A stretch of DNA of 64,000 bases from a bacterium (GTDB taxonomy: Bacteria; Electryoneota; JAOADG01), in assembly GCA_963681965.1 (NCBI GenBank), contig OY820579.1, positions 2,240,001 through 2,304,000 of the forward strand, given 5' to 3'. Made by a program: the position numbers and the translations under genes. Positions 20,795 to 31,270 of this stretch are shown in pieces. The notes below the pieces were generated by a model. That model saw only the letters and a program-made list of their open reading frames with translations. It had not been told where the DNA came from and made no database searches. Numbering within the stretch: the stretch's first letter is position 1; each line of letters opens with the position of its first letter.

Positions 20795-21349
20795 ATGAAT
20801 ATCGACTCAACCACCATCGTCTTTTCGATCTTATCCATCGTCGCGATCTTTTCCGCGATCATGGTGATCTCGCGCGCGAATCCGGTCGCGAGCGTATTGT
20901 GGTTGGTGTTGAATTTCTTTGCGCTGGCAGGCTTGTATGTCCTGCTCGGTGCGCATTTCCTCGCGGCGGTACAGATTATCGTATATGCCGGTGCGATCAT
21001 GGTGTTGTTCCTATTTGTGGTGATGATGCTGAACCTGAATACGATCGGTTCATTCGAACGCAGCGGACTCGCACTGCGTGTCGTGGGTGCGTTGATTGCC
21101 GGACTGATGTTGGTGATGATCGCGTTCATGGTGCGGCAGGATGTCAATTTCACGACGCCGGTTTCGCACACGCAATTTGCGATGGGAAGCGCCAAAGCGA
21201 TCGGACTCGTGCTCTTCGATCAGTGGACGTTGCCGTTCCAGATTGTCGGTGTCATGATGTTGGCAGCCATCATCGGTGTCGTGGCGTTGGTGAAGCGCGA
21301 GCATGTGTCGAAGCCGCTCAGCGATCCTAGCGGAGGATCGGAACAATGA
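20795..21349 (+). CDS. nuoJ: NADH-quinone oxidoreductase subunit J
   Basis: [25 protein letters not shown]. Confidence 0.96.
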   Translation: MNIDSTTIVFSILSIVAIFSAIMVISRANPVASVLWLVLNFFALAGLYVLLGAHFLAAVQIIVYAGAIMVLFLFVVMMLNLNTIGSFERSGLALRVVGALIAGLMLVMIAFMVRQDVNFTTPVSHTQFAMGSAKAIGLVLFDQWTLPFQIVGVMMLAAIIGVVALVKREHVSKPLSDPSGGSEQ

Positions 21350-21657
21350 CCGGACCCATCGGACTGGAACACTATCTGGTATTGTCTGCGGTGTTGTTCT
21401 TTATCGGCGTTGCCGGTGTGCTGACACGACGCAATGCCATCATCATTTTTATGTCGGTCGAATTGATGCTCAATAGCGTCAATCTGACGCTGGTTGCGTT
21501 TTCATCGTATCTGAAAAGCCCGACCGGACAGGTCTTTGCCTTTTTCGTGATTGCAGTTGCCGCCGCGGAAGTCGCCATCGGACTCGCAATCATTATTACC
21601 GTCTATCGCAATCGCAAGTCGATTCATATCGACGATGTGAATCTGTTGAAAGAATAA
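21346..21657 (+). CDS. nuoK: NADH-quinone oxidoreductase subunit K
   Basis: [24 protein letters not shown]. Confidence 0.97.
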   Translation: MTGPIGLEHYLVLSAVLFFIGVAGVLTRRNAIIIFMSVELMLNSVNLTLVAFSSYLKSPTGQVFAFFVIAVAAAEVAIGLAIIITVYRNRKSIHIDDVNLLKE

Positions 21658-21670
21658 TTTTTGGTGTTTT

Positions 21671-21850
21671 CCGTAGGGGCGTATGGCATACGCCCTGAGC
21701 GGCAGGCAACGCCTGACGCAGGTCTTTAAAAAATTGAAGATGCGGGCGGTTCGCGAACCGCCCCTACCATGAAAAATGATTTGGGCGTATGCCATACGCC
21801 CCTACGGAAAGATAGATTGCCACAGCCCCTACGGGGCTTCGCAATGACAA
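21671..21850. repeat. Intergenic palindrome mosaic (nuoK-nuoL)
   Basis: 21671-21805 matches 16741-16870 in element order; followed by an inverted TGTCATTGCGAAGCCCC-GTA-GGG element. Confidence 0.88.
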
Positions 21851-21893
21851 ATAATTCATCAACAACTCGAAACCAGGAATCGTCTGTAACGTA

Positions 21894-23882
21894 ATGGAAA
21901 CTGCCGTTAACACTGCCAACTGGAATTATTTGATCCTCATCCCGCTGCTTCCGCTCGCGGGCGTGTTGATCAATCTCCTGTGCTACAAAGCGAAATTGCC
22001 CGAGAAAGCAGTCGGCTGGTTCGCTTCATTGACAGTACTTTCCAGTTTCGCATTGTCGCTGATGGCATTCATCCAACTTCGCGCATTGACACCCGAACAT
22101 CGTTCGATCGAAGTCGTCTTCCTGAAATGGATCGAAGTCGGTTCGCTCCATCTCGATTGGGCAATCCTGCTCGATCCTCTCTCGTCGCTGATGATGCTGA
22201 TCATCACCGGTGTCGGCGGTGTGATCCATATTTACTCCATCGGCTATATGCACGGCGACAAGAGCTTCAGCCGCTTCTTCATCTATCTCAATCTATTCGT
22301 CTTCTTCATGCTCTGGTTGGTGATGGGTAACTCCTTCGCCACCATGTTCATCGGTTGGGAAGGGGTCGGGCTCTGTAGCTACCTGCTCATCGGTTTCTGG
22401 TTCACCGATATGGCGAAAGCGAGTGCCGGAAAGAAAGCATTCGTCGTCAATCGCATCGGCGACTGGGGCTTTTTGCTGGCAATGCTGCTGCTATTCACGA
22501 CATTCGGTTCGCTGCAATTCACCAAAGTGTTACCCGCTGCATTCGAGCAATATCCCAATGGCGCTCCGGTTATCACCGCGATCGCGCTGTTGTTCTTTGT
22601 CGGTGCTTGCGGTAAGTCGGCTCAGATTCCGCTCTACATCTGGCTCCCCGACGCCATGGCAGGTCCCACGCCGGTTTCTGCCTTGATCCATGCCGCCACG
22701 ATGGTTACCGCCGGTGTCTATATGGTAGCGCGTGCCAATATCCTCTTTTCGCTGTCGCCGATTGCGATGCAGACGGTTGCAACGATCGGAGCGCTGACTG
22801 CGCTGTTTGCCGCGACGATCGGTTTGCGGCAGTGGGATATCAAGAAAGTGCTCGCCTATTCCACCGTGTCCCAGCTCGGATTCATGTTCCTCGGTGCCGG
22901 CGTCGGTGCCTATGAGACCGGTATCGCGCATGTTATGACGCATGCGTTCTTCAAAGCCTGTTTGTTCCTCGGTTCCGGTGCCGTCATTCACGCAATGGAG
23001 CATGCGTTCCATCACAGCAACGTGCACCTCGATCCGCAGGATATTCGCTATATGGGTGGGTTGCGCAAAAAGATTCCACTCACCTTCTGGACATTTTTGG
23101 TTGCGACGGTCGCAATTGCCGGTATCCCCGGATTCGCGGGCTTCTTCAGCAAGGACGAAATTCTTTGGAAGACCTATGCCAGCGGTCATGTGGTGCTCTG
23201 GATTATCGCCACAATCACTGCCGGACTGACCGCATTTTACATGTTCCGGCTCGTCTTCCTGACTTTCTTCGGCACTTTCCGGGGTGGCGCCGACGTCGAA
23301 CCGCACGTCAAGGAAGTATCGCCACTGATGACCGGTGTCCTGATCGTGTTGGCATTCTTCTCGGTCTTTGGTGGTCATTTGGCAATTCCCGAATCGCTTG
23401 GTGGTCATTTCGTTATCGGCGAGTGGTTGGAACCGGTCGTAGCGAATTCCCGCTCGCTGGCAACGCTCGCATTCTATAAAGAGCACCATCCATTATCGTT
23501 GGAACTCGGCTTGATGGCGCTTTCCGTCGTCGTCGCACTGATCGGTATCGGCATCGCCGCGCTGCTCTACTGGCGTAAGAAGCAGGATCGCGAAGTATTG
23601 CTCCGCCGCGCTACCGGCTATGCCAATGTGCTGGAAAATAAATATTGGGTCGATGAGATCTACGAAATGCTTATCGTCAAACCGCTCTACAATCTGTCGG
23701 TGTTCTTCTGGAAAGTTGCCGACGGGATGGCGATCGACGGATTCATCAACGGTACCGGTCGCTTGGTCGATGCGATCGGCGGTAGTTTGCGCCGGCTTCA
23801 AACCGGATTTATTTCCAATTACGCTTTACTCATGTCGGTCGCGATCGCATTTGTCGTCGGCTGGATGTTGTTCGGACGCTAG
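21894..23882 (+). CDS. nuoL: NADH-quinone oxidoreductase subunit L
   Basis: GWEGVGLCSYLLIGFW, GKSAQIPLYIWLPDAMAGPTPVSALIHAATMV. Confidence 0.98.
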   Translation: METAVNTANWNYLILIPLLPLAGVLINLLCYKAKLPEKAVGWFASLTVLSSFALSLMAFIQLRALTPEHRSIEVVFLKWIEVGSLHLDWAILLDPLSSLMMLIITGVGGVIHIYSIGYMHGDKSFSRFFIYLNLFVFFMLWLVMGNSFATMFIGWEGVGLCSYLLIGFWFTDMAKASAGKKAFVVNRIGDWGFLLAMLLLFTTFGSLQFTKVLPAAFEQYPNGAPVITAIALLFFVGACGKSAQIPLYIWLPDAMAGPTPVSALIHAATMVTAGVYMVARANILFSLSPIAMQTVATIGALTALFAATIGLRQWDIKKVLAYSTVSQLGFMFLGAGVGAYETGIAHVMTHAFFKACLFLGSGAVIHAMEHAFHHSNVHLDPQDIRYMGGLRKKIPLTFWTFLVATVAIAGIPGFAGFFSKDEILWKTYASGHVVLWIIATITAGLTAFYMFRLVFLTFFGTFRGGADVEPHVKEVSPLMTGVLIVLAFFSVFGGHLAIPESLGGHFVIGEWLEPVVANSRSLATLAFYKEHHPLSLELGLMALSVVVALIGIGIAALLYWRKKQDREVLLRRATGYANVLENKYWVDEIYEMLIVKPLYNLSVFFWKVADGMAIDGFINGTGRLVDAIGGSLRRLQTGFISNYALLMSVAIAFVVGWMLFGR

Positions 23883-23896
23883 GGGTGTACTAAAGC

Positions 23897-25399
23897 ATGA
23901 TGCCGTTACTCAGTACACTGATTATGATCCCGCTGATTGGCGCAGTAGCCATGCTGCTCCTGCCTCGACGCGCCGAAACACTCCAGCGCGGGGTTGCGTT
24001 CCTGACCACCGCAGTGACCTTTGCACTGAGTCTGGGTCTCTGGTTCGGTTTCGATCGGAATACGCCCGGCTATCAGTTTATGGAGCGCTTCGAGTGGATT
24101 CCGTCACTTGGTATCACTTACATCGTCGGTATCGACGGTATCAGCCTCCTGCTGATCCTGCTAACCACGCTGCTGATGCCGATCTGCATCCTCGCGTCGT
24201 GGGATCCGATCAAGACCCGCATCAAAGAATATTATTTCAGCTTCCTGCTGCTTGAAGCCGCCATGATCGGCGTGTTTGCCGCACTCGACCTGTTCCTGTT
24301 CTATGTCTTCTGGGAATCGGTATTGATCCCGATGTACTTCCTGATCGGTATCTGGGGTGGTAAAAATCGGCTTTATGCCGCCATCAAGTTCTTCTTGTAC
24401 ACGTTGGTCGGCAGTTTGCTGATGTTGATCGGAATTCTGTATCTCTATTTCAATTACGGGCACACCTTCGATCTGATTCATCTGTCTGCGATGTTGAAGC
24501 AACACCCGATTGCGTCGAATGTACAAATCTGGTTGTTTGCCGCATTCTCACTCGCATTCGCAATCAAAGTCCCGATGTTCCCATTCCACACTTGGTTGCC
24601 GGATGCGCACACCGAAGCGCCGACAGCCGGTTCGATCATTCTGGCTGGTGTCCTGTTGAAGATGGGTACTTACGGTTTCGTGCGATTCTCGATTCCGCTG
24701 TTTCCCGATGCCACTAGCGTACTATCGCCGATTGTGGTTATTCTAGCCATCATCGGAATTATCTACGGCGCGCTTGTCGCAATGGTGCAGACCGATATCA
24801 AACGTCTGGTCGCATATTCATCGGTGAGTCACCTCGGCTTCGTGATGCTCGGACTCTTTGCATTGAATCATCAGGGTCTTTCCGGTGCCGTGCTGCAGAT
24901 GGTCAATCACGGACTTTCCACTGGCGCCCTGTTTTTATTGGTCGGTGTTATTTACGAACGGCGCCATACCCGCGATATCGAAGCCTACGGCGGTATTGCC
25001 GCATCGATACCGGTATTCTCGACGATCTTCTTGATTGTCACCATGTCGAGTATCGGTTTGCCGACTCTGAACGGCTTTGTCGGCGAATTTCTAATCCTGA
25101 ATGGTGCCATGCAGGCGAGTTGGCAGTGGACGGCATGGGCTGCCACCGGCGTGATTCTCAGTGCGATTTACATGCTATGGATGGTCCAGCGAGTATTCTT
25201 CGGACCGATCAAGCATGAAGAAAATCGCAATCTGAAAGATATGAATTGGAAGGAATTGGCTGCGGTGATTCCGCTACTGATCTTCATTGTGTGGATCGGT
25301 ATTTATCCCGATACCTTCTTAAAAGTGTTGGATCTCCCGGTCGCGGATTTACTCTCGAACCGCACCGGAATTCATTTACAAACTTTATTACTGAAATAG
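23897..25399 (+). CDS. nuoM: NADH-quinone oxidoreductase subunit M
   Basis: FYVFWE, KVPMFPFHTWLPDAHTEAPT. Confidence 0.98.
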   Translation: MMPLLSTLIMIPLIGAVAMLLLPRRAETLQRGVAFLTTAVTFALSLGLWFGFDRNTPGYQFMERFEWIPSLGITYIVGIDGISLLLILLTTLLMPICILASWDPIKTRIKEYYFSFLLLEAAMIGVFAALDLFLFYVFWESVLIPMYFLIGIWGGKNRLYAAIKFFLYTLVGSLLMLIGILYLYFNYGHTFDLIHLSAMLKQHPIASNVQIWLFAAFSLAFAIKVPMFPFHTWLPDAHTEAPTAGSIILAGVLLKMGTYGFVRFSIPLFPDATSVLSPIVVILAIIGIIYGALVAMVQTDIKRLVAYSSVSHLGFVMLGLFALNHQGLSGAVLQMVNHGLSTGALFLLVGVIYERRHTRDIEAYGGIAASIPVFSTIFLIVTMSSIGLPTLNGFVGEFLILNGAMQASWQWTAWAATGVILSAIYMLWMVQRVFFGPIKHEENRNLKDMNWKELAAVIPLLIFIVWIGIYPDTFLKVLDLPVADLLSNRTGIHLQTLLLK

Positions 25400-25422
25400 T
25401 GCAACATTAGCGAAACAGATCG

Positions 25423-26874
25423 ATGACTGAAACACTACTCACGCAACTGACGACATTGGGTCCGACACTATGGATTGCGGCACTGGCTATGCTGGCGCTG
25501 GTGATCGATTTGATCGTTCCCAAACATGAGCGCGATATTAAATCAGTCGTGTTAGTCGGTCTCGCTCTGATTTTCCTCTTTACATTCAAGCGGGTTGGCA
25601 GTACCGGCGCTGCTTTCTACGGGTCGATCGTCCAAACCGATTTCACGACTTTCTTCGACTTGTTGTTTACCGCGATTGCCTTTTTTGTGATCATTCTTTC
25701 CGGCCCATATTTTCAGCGCACTGGTATGAAGCTGCTGGAAACGATGGTGCTGATGCTGTTTGCGACCTCCGGCGCTATGCTGATGACGCTCGCGAACGAC
25801 ATGCTCATTCTCTTCCTCGGTCTCGAATTGATGTCGATCTGTCTCTATGTACTGGCAGGAATGTTGCGAAATCGCGAGAAATCGAATGAAGGAGCGTTGA
25901 AATATTTCCTGTTGGGAGCATTTGCTACCGGGTTCTTCCTCTACGGTATCGCGCTGCTCTACGGTATCTCCGGTTCGACGTTGTATGGCGATATTTCCGC
26001 GTGGGTGCTGGGTCGCAATTTCTCGGTCGGTGGACTGTTCTGGGCAGGTATCGGATTATTGCTGATCGGATTTTTCTTCAAGACTGCGACAGTACCCTTC
26101 CATTTCTGGGCACCCGATGCCTACGAAGGGGCACCGACGCCCGTCACAGCATTTTTCAGTGCTACCCCGAAAGCCGCGGCATTCGCCGCTTTGATTAAAG
26201 TATTTGGCGTGGCGCTGCCGTCGGTGAATAGTGAAATATCCGATCTACTCGCGCTGTTTGCCATTCTGACGATGATCATCGGGAACTTTGTCGCGCTGCA
26301 ACAATCTTCGGTCAAACGCATGTTGGCATATTCGTCGATTGCCCATGCCGGTTATTTACTGGTTGCAGTGGTCTCGGCAAGCAGCGACGGCTATTCCGCA
26401 CTGATGCTGTATCTCGCGGCGTATGCGGCTACCAATCTGGGTGCCTTCACCATTGCCTATCTGGTGAATCGCAAGAACGAAGGAAATTATAGTTTCGATA
26501 ATTTCAACGGTCTGGGTGCGAAACATCCCTATTATGCCATGATGATGGCGATCTTTATGATCTCGCTGGCGGGTATTCCCCCGACTGGTGGATTCATGGG
26601 GAAATACTACATCTTCTTTGCCGCGGTTCGTAGCGGTCACCTCTATTTGGCGATCGCGATGGCGCTGATTTCGGTTGTGTCGGTGTATTATTATCTTCGT
26701 GTGATTGTCCACATGTACATGAAACCGGCAGCAGAGAATTACGAATCGATCGACACGAACAAGGTGGTGGGGATTGCGTTACTTGGATGTGTCGCAGTGA
26801 TCCTGCTGATCGGTGTCATGCCAGAGCCGTGGTTCCAGTGGCTGCAGGCGAGTGTCTGCGCCATCGGCATGTAA
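25423..26874 (+). CDS. nuoN: NADH-quinone oxidoreductase subunit N
   Basis: EGALKYFLLG, VPFHFWAPDAYEGAPTP, KRMLAYSSIAHAGY. Confidence 0.98.
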   Translation: MTETLLTQLTTLGPTLWIAALAMLALVIDLIVPKHERDIKSVVLVGLALIFLFTFKRVGSTGAAFYGSIVQTDFTTFFDLLFTAIAFFVIILSGPYFQRTGMKLLETMVLMLFATSGAMLMTLANDMLILFLGLELMSICLYVLAGMLRNREKSNEGALKYFLLGAFATGFFLYGIALLYGISGSTLYGDISAWVLGRNFSVGGLFWAGIGLLLIGFFFKTATVPFHFWAPDAYEGAPTPVTAFFSATPKAAAFAALIKVFGVALPSVNSEISDLLALFAILTMIIGNFVALQQSSVKRMLAYSSIAHAGYLLVAVVSASSDGYSALMLYLAAYAATNLGAFTIAYLVNRKNEGNYSFDNFNGLGAKHPYYAMMMAIFMISLAGIPPTGGFMGKYYIFFAAVRSGHLYLAIAMALISVVSVYYYLRVIVHMYMKPAAENYESIDTNKVVGIALLGCVAVILLIGVMPEPWFQWLQASVCAIGM

Positions 26875-26882
26875 TTCATCTT

Positions 26883-27290
26883 TCCCAACACCCATCTTTT
26901 CGGTGGCGCAGGCCTCCGAGCCTGCGATTCGCTTCTTTTAAGTATGTCGGAATTTATTCCGACTCTTTTTTTTCTTTTGGCGGTTCGCGAACCGCCCGTT
27001 TTTCTTTCTTTTCCCACCTCCCAATACCTACCACCCACCACCCATCATTTCCGTAGGTCAGAACTTGTTCTGACCATCTCCGGTATCTTTTTCTGGTATC
27101 TAGACCTGTCATTGCATAGCCGACGTAGGCTGCTTTGGTAGCGGCGGACTTTAGTCCGCGTATTGATTTTTACAAGATTCTACAAGAATTGCGGACTAAA
27201 GTCCGCCACTACCAAAAGATGGGTGTTAGGGAATAGGTGGTGGTAATCGGGAAAAGGTTAAAATAAGGGAGGGCGTATGCACCCACCCGT
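26883..27290. repeat. Intergenic palindrome mosaic after nuoN
   Basis: Includes the inverted pair GTAGCGGCGGACTTTAGTCCGC (27138-27159) / GCGGACTAAAGTCCGCCACTAC (27191-27212). Confidence 0.88.
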
Positions 27291-27318
27291 TCTTTTTATT
27301 TTTTATCCATAAATACAC

Positions 27319-27347
27319 TTGATTTGTTTTGATCTTACCGGTAAATT
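27319..27347 (+). promoter_or_regulatory. Candidate sigma70 promoter
   Basis: TTGATT-17bp-TAAATT about 45 bp upstream of the ATG at 27393. Confidence 0.4.
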
Positions 27348-27392
27348 ACAACTGTTGTATATGTGATGTTATTCGACAATGATGAGGTGATT

Positions 27393-29129
27393 ATGAAAAC
27401 CAGCTTTCGAACTTTCCTGCTTCTGTTTATTACCCTTTCCTTATTCACACTTGTGAATGCACTACCCCTTTCCGGGGTGAAAACCGTTGGTGGTACCAAT
27501 CCTGACTTTCCCTCATTAACTGCTGCAATCGACTCGCTCAATGCGCTCGGCGTTGCCAACGGGGGTGTGACATTCATACTGCGTGGCGGAACCTATCGCG
27601 AGCATTCCCGTGTGATTGTTACACCGACGAATATCAATCGTCCGATTCACTTCACAGTCGAAGATGGTGCTGAAGTCGCAATTGAAATCGATTCGCTGCC
27701 AGGCGATACAATCGGATTTCAACTGCAAAGTCGTCATGTCACGATCGATGGCAGTTGGACGAACGATACGCTCGGACAACACCTCGCGATCGTAGGAACC
27801 AACTTACGCATCGGTGTGTGGTTCGCTAACGGTTCCGACTCGTCGATTGTGAAGAATTGTCGCATCACGCTACCGCGATCCATTACTCACGATCAGACAG
27901 AGGGAATCTGGGTCGGAGCATATGACTATTCAATAATTGATGGCATCCGAATTCGACAATGTGCTATCGAAGGGGGGCAGGATGGAATTCGAGTGATTGC
28001 GCATTCGTCATTCGCAATGAATGGTATTGAAATTTCGAATTGCGAAATTAGCAATTTTTATTGGAACGGAATTTGGTTATACGCTTACAGTTGCGCAAAG
28101 ATCTTCAATAACCGAATCTACCAAACAGTGGTGACTACCGAAGTTGGAATCGGCATCTATGGCGGCGACTCTTGTCAGATCGTTGCCAATAAAATTGGTC
28201 CATTGCTAAGCTCAGTACGCGTGATTGGAATTATCGACGGGTCGCACAATACAATTACCAATAATTTCATCAGGCTTGGTGATATGTCGAATTGCGCTGT
28301 GTACGGGATTCTAAGTCAGGTTGGTGCCGGGAATAAATACCTGTTTAATACGGTTGTAACGTTCGGAACTTCGCGGATCGATTCGATTTCTACCGGGAAT
28401 AGTACTTGTTTTTGGTCGACGGGATTTAATGTTGATTCGCTTTGGGGAAATATTTTCGTCAATACCCGCACGGGACCCGGTCAACACCACGATTGTCTCT
28501 ATATCGATACGGGACATGATCCGCGTTTCAGTAACTATAATCTCTTCTACACCGCTTACGATACGGTGCTCCGAAACTGCTTTCTCGAGCGGCACGATAC
28601 GGCACACTTTACCGGTTTCATTCATTCTGCGCGCTGGTTTCCGCGCGATTCCAATTCGATCTTCGGTCTTCCGGATTTTTCCTCCAATAACGATTTACAT
28701 CTTCGGCACGACACAACCTCAATCGTTCACCATCGTGCACCACGCCACTGGCTTGTACCGACCGATATCGACGGAGAACCACGTTCTGCGCCTTACTGCG
28801 ATATTGGTGCCGATGAATGGGATTCGGTGATGACTGCTATTTGGCAGAATACTACGACGTTGCCATTGCAGTTTTCTCTGCATCCGAATTATCCCAATCC
28901 GTTCAATTCATCGACCACGATCTCGTATGAATTGCCGCATGCAGCGAATGTCGAGATTAAATTGTTCGATCTGACGGGTCGCGAAGTATCAACGCTCGTG
29001 CAGCAATGGCAGGGAGCGGGGAGGTATCGCTTGCCATTCGCGGGTCGCAATTTATCGTCGGGAACCTATTTTGTCCGGATGCAAGCTGGTGAATTTGAGA
29101 AGACGCAGAAGATCGTGTTATTACGCTAA
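27393..29129 (+). CDS. Secreted parallel beta-helix protein with T9SS type A C-terminal sorting domain
   Basis: Signal peptide; repeated IxNNxI rungs; DIDGEPR..DIGADE; NYPNPFN...LSSGTYFVRM...KIVLLR; GAGGTG RBS. Confidence 0.85.
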   Translation: MKTSFRTFLLLFITLSLFTLVNALPLSGVKTVGGTNPDFPSLTAAIDSLNALGVANGGVTFILRGGTYREHSRVIVTPTNINRPIHFTVEDGAEVAIEIDSLPGDTIGFQLQSRHVTIDGSWTNDTLGQHLAIVGTNLRIGVWFANGSDSSIVKNCRITLPRSITHDQTEGIWVGAYDYSIIDGIRIRQCAIEGGQDGIRVIAHSSFAMNGIEISNCEISNFYWNGIWLYAYSCAKIFNNRIYQTVVTTEVGIGIYGGDSCQIVANKIGPLLSSVRVIGIIDGSHNTITNNFIRLGDMSNCAVYGILSQVGAGNKYLFNTVVTFGTSRIDSISTGNSTCFWSTGFNVDSLWGNIFVNTRTGPGQHHDCLYIDTGHDPRFSNYNLFYTAYDTVLRNCFLERHDTAHFTGFIHSARWFPRDSNSIFGLPDFSSNNDLHLRHDTTSIVHHRAPRHWLVPTDIDGEPRSAPYCDIGADEWDSVMTAIWQNTTTLPLQFSLHPNYPNPFNSSTTISYELPHAANVEIKLFDLTGREVSTLVQQWQGAGRYRLPFAGRNLSSGTYFVRMQAGEFEKTQKIVLLR

Positions 29130-29139
29130 TATTGTATTG

Positions 29140-29370
29140 TGGTGGCGCAAGCTTCCGAGCCTGCGAGCATCTTCTTTTTGTAGGTCAGAACTTGTTCTGA
29201 CCACTTCCTGTGTCTGCCTTTGGTGGCGCAAGCTTCCGAGCCTGCGATTCCCTGTGTCCGATAAAAAAAAAAGGGCAACAACCCATTCTTGTATCCTGAT
29301 TTGTCGTTGCGAGGAACGTAGCGAAGGAACGTGCGCAGCACTTCCGAAGCGAAGAGACGAAGCAATCTTC
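29140..29370. repeat. Intergenic palindrome mosaic
   Basis: Two GTGGCGCAAGCTTCCGAGCCTGCG, one GTAGGTCAGAACTTGTTCTGACC and one GTCGTTGCGAGG element. Confidence 0.85.
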
Positions 29371-29532
29371 TTGTATCTTTTTATTTTGATTTGCTATTAC
29401 GAGCGAAGCACATCATGTATCCTGTCGTACAGCCGAATTCCGATTCGGCATTTTTTGACTTGGCGATCCACTTGGGTCCGATAAAAAAAAGGGCGGTTCC
29501 ACAACCGCCCTTGATAATGTCTCTATCCACTC

Positions 29533-31128
29533 CTAACACTTCAACCCAATTCCCTGATGTTCCGGTCGCAACAAATCGTTTACGGTCTTCACCGGTGCAA
29601 AGGTGGCAATCGGTACTTCCACGAAAAGCGTGATCCAATGCGCCATCGCGCCATTCCACAACCCCGGTAACTCCAGCGCCTTGAGCAGTTTCCCGTCCTT
29701 CGATTTCTCGGAAATGAATGCCGTCTCCGAATCGACAAATTTCGCAAGATCGAAGGGCTTGCCATGGAAATCGCGCACTGCACAGATCAAATCGACCGGA
29801 TTGAAATGCGTCGATCGATTCCAGATCGCGAGTTGTTCCGGATTCTTTTTGTCGATCTGTGACGATTCGACAATCTGTCGCGACAGCGCACCGCTGGAAG
29901 CCCGCACCCAGAACGGTCCTCCGCCCGGTTCCCCCTCGTTTTTTACCATCCCGCAAATTCGCAACGGTCGATTCAATAAGTTGAACATGAGTTGTCGCTT
30001 GTGCGCAACGGTTGTCGACTGATCGATCTCACCCACATCGAGTTGCAGGGTAGTTGTTGCGAAATCCAATGCTGCATTCAGCTCGGCTTCAGGTAGATCA
30101 GGTTGTTCAAGCGCTGTCAAATAGTGGCTGAGCGCTTCCTGAATCATTGCACAATATCCGATCAGGAATCGTTTCCACTGAAACACCAAAGCATTCGCCG
30201 GTGCCGGAACGACATTGTCGATATTCTTGATCGTCACAATATCGCCTTGCAGTGCATTCAAATTCTGCAGCAGCGCACCGTGTCCACCCGGGCGAAACAC
30301 CAATGTGCCATCGGAATTGCGAAACGGTTGATTATCAAGATCGACGGCAATCGTATCCGTCGAAGGCGATTGTATCGAATAATCGATCGAGAATTTCAGC
30401 GATGCATGTTCCAACTGCGATCGAATCTGTTCGATATGATCTTGTACTTCCTGTTGAAAATCTTCCGGTACTGTGAAATGAATTCGGAGAACATTCGACG
30501 CATTACCAGCGAGTGCTGCCGCTTCGGCAAGCTGTTCGGCAAACGGTGTACGGGTATGATCGTCGTAGCGATGAAATGGAATCAGCCCTTTCGGTAAATT
30601 CGCCAGATTCAAACCGGATTGCGACAGAATGTAACCGAGTAGCGTTTTTTCGTTGTGATTGGCGAGTAGTTGCGCAATCGTCGTATTGGTCTGATTGATC
30701 AATGCGACTAATTCAGCGTAAAACGGCAGATCTTCCAGCCGTGCGAGCAACTCTTGTACAGCTTTCACATCGGGATCATCGGACGAATCTGTCCACGCAA
30801 TCTGTTCGCCATTCTGTAACCGGTCGTACACCACATTCAGCGAATGAAACATCCGCGATGCGGCACCGGACGCCGGTACAAATTTGCTGACCCGATTTTG
30901 CCGGATCGCATCGTGATGACGTTTCAGCAATTCCTCGAAATCGGTTGGATCGAGTTTCACAATCCCATCGCCAATTGTACACGGTCGATCAAGTTGCAAC
31001 GGTTTTGTCCCGCGCTGAAATTGCGCGAGTTGTTCATGGATACGTTCCGGTGCGACACCATGCAGTTCGATTTGCCGCAGGATTTCGGAATCGAGAGAAT
31101 TGTCGGGTAGATTGTTCGATTGGGTCAT
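29533..31128 (-). CDS. DUF4301 family protein (UDPGP-like fold)
   Basis: KFVPASGAASRMF, PKGLIPFH, FRPGGHGAL, KNIDNVVP, NEGEPGGGPFW, THFNPVDL, ELPGLWNGAM; start set at ATG 31128. Confidence 0.9.
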   Translation of the reverse strand: MTQSNNLPDNSLDSEILRQIELHGVAPERIHEQLAQFQRGTKPLQLDRPCTIGDGIVKLDPTDFEELLKRHHDAIRQNRVSKFVPASGAASRMFHSLNVVYDRLQNGEQIAWTDSSDDPDVKAVQELLARLEDLPFYAELVALINQTNTTIAQLLANHNEKTLLGYILSQSGLNLANLPKGLIPFHRYDDHTRTPFAEQLAEAAALAGNASNVLRIHFTVPEDFQQEVQDHIEQIRSQLEHASLKFSIDYSIQSPSTDTIAVDLDNQPFRNSDGTLVFRPGGHGALLQNLNALQGDIVTIKNIDNVVPAPANALVFQWKRFLIGYCAMIQEALSHYLTALEQPDLPEAELNAALDFATTTLQLDVGEIDQSTTVAHKRQLMFNLLNRPLRICGMVKNEGEPGGGPFWVRASSGALSRQIVESSQIDKKNPEQLAIWNRSTHFNPVDLICAVRDFHGKPFDLAKFVDSETAFISEKSKDGKLLKALELPGLWNGAMAHWITLFVEVPIATFAPVKTVNDLLRPEHQGIGLKC

Positions 31129-31270
31129 GAATAGTTGCTCGTGTAACGATAAATAATACCGGTAATCGGCGTCGAACTTGTTCGGATGATTCATTAACAG
31201 AGGAAAATACGGAGTGGTTCCAACCATCCGCAAATCGGTACCTGAAGTGTTAAAGAAAGGATTTTGGCAG

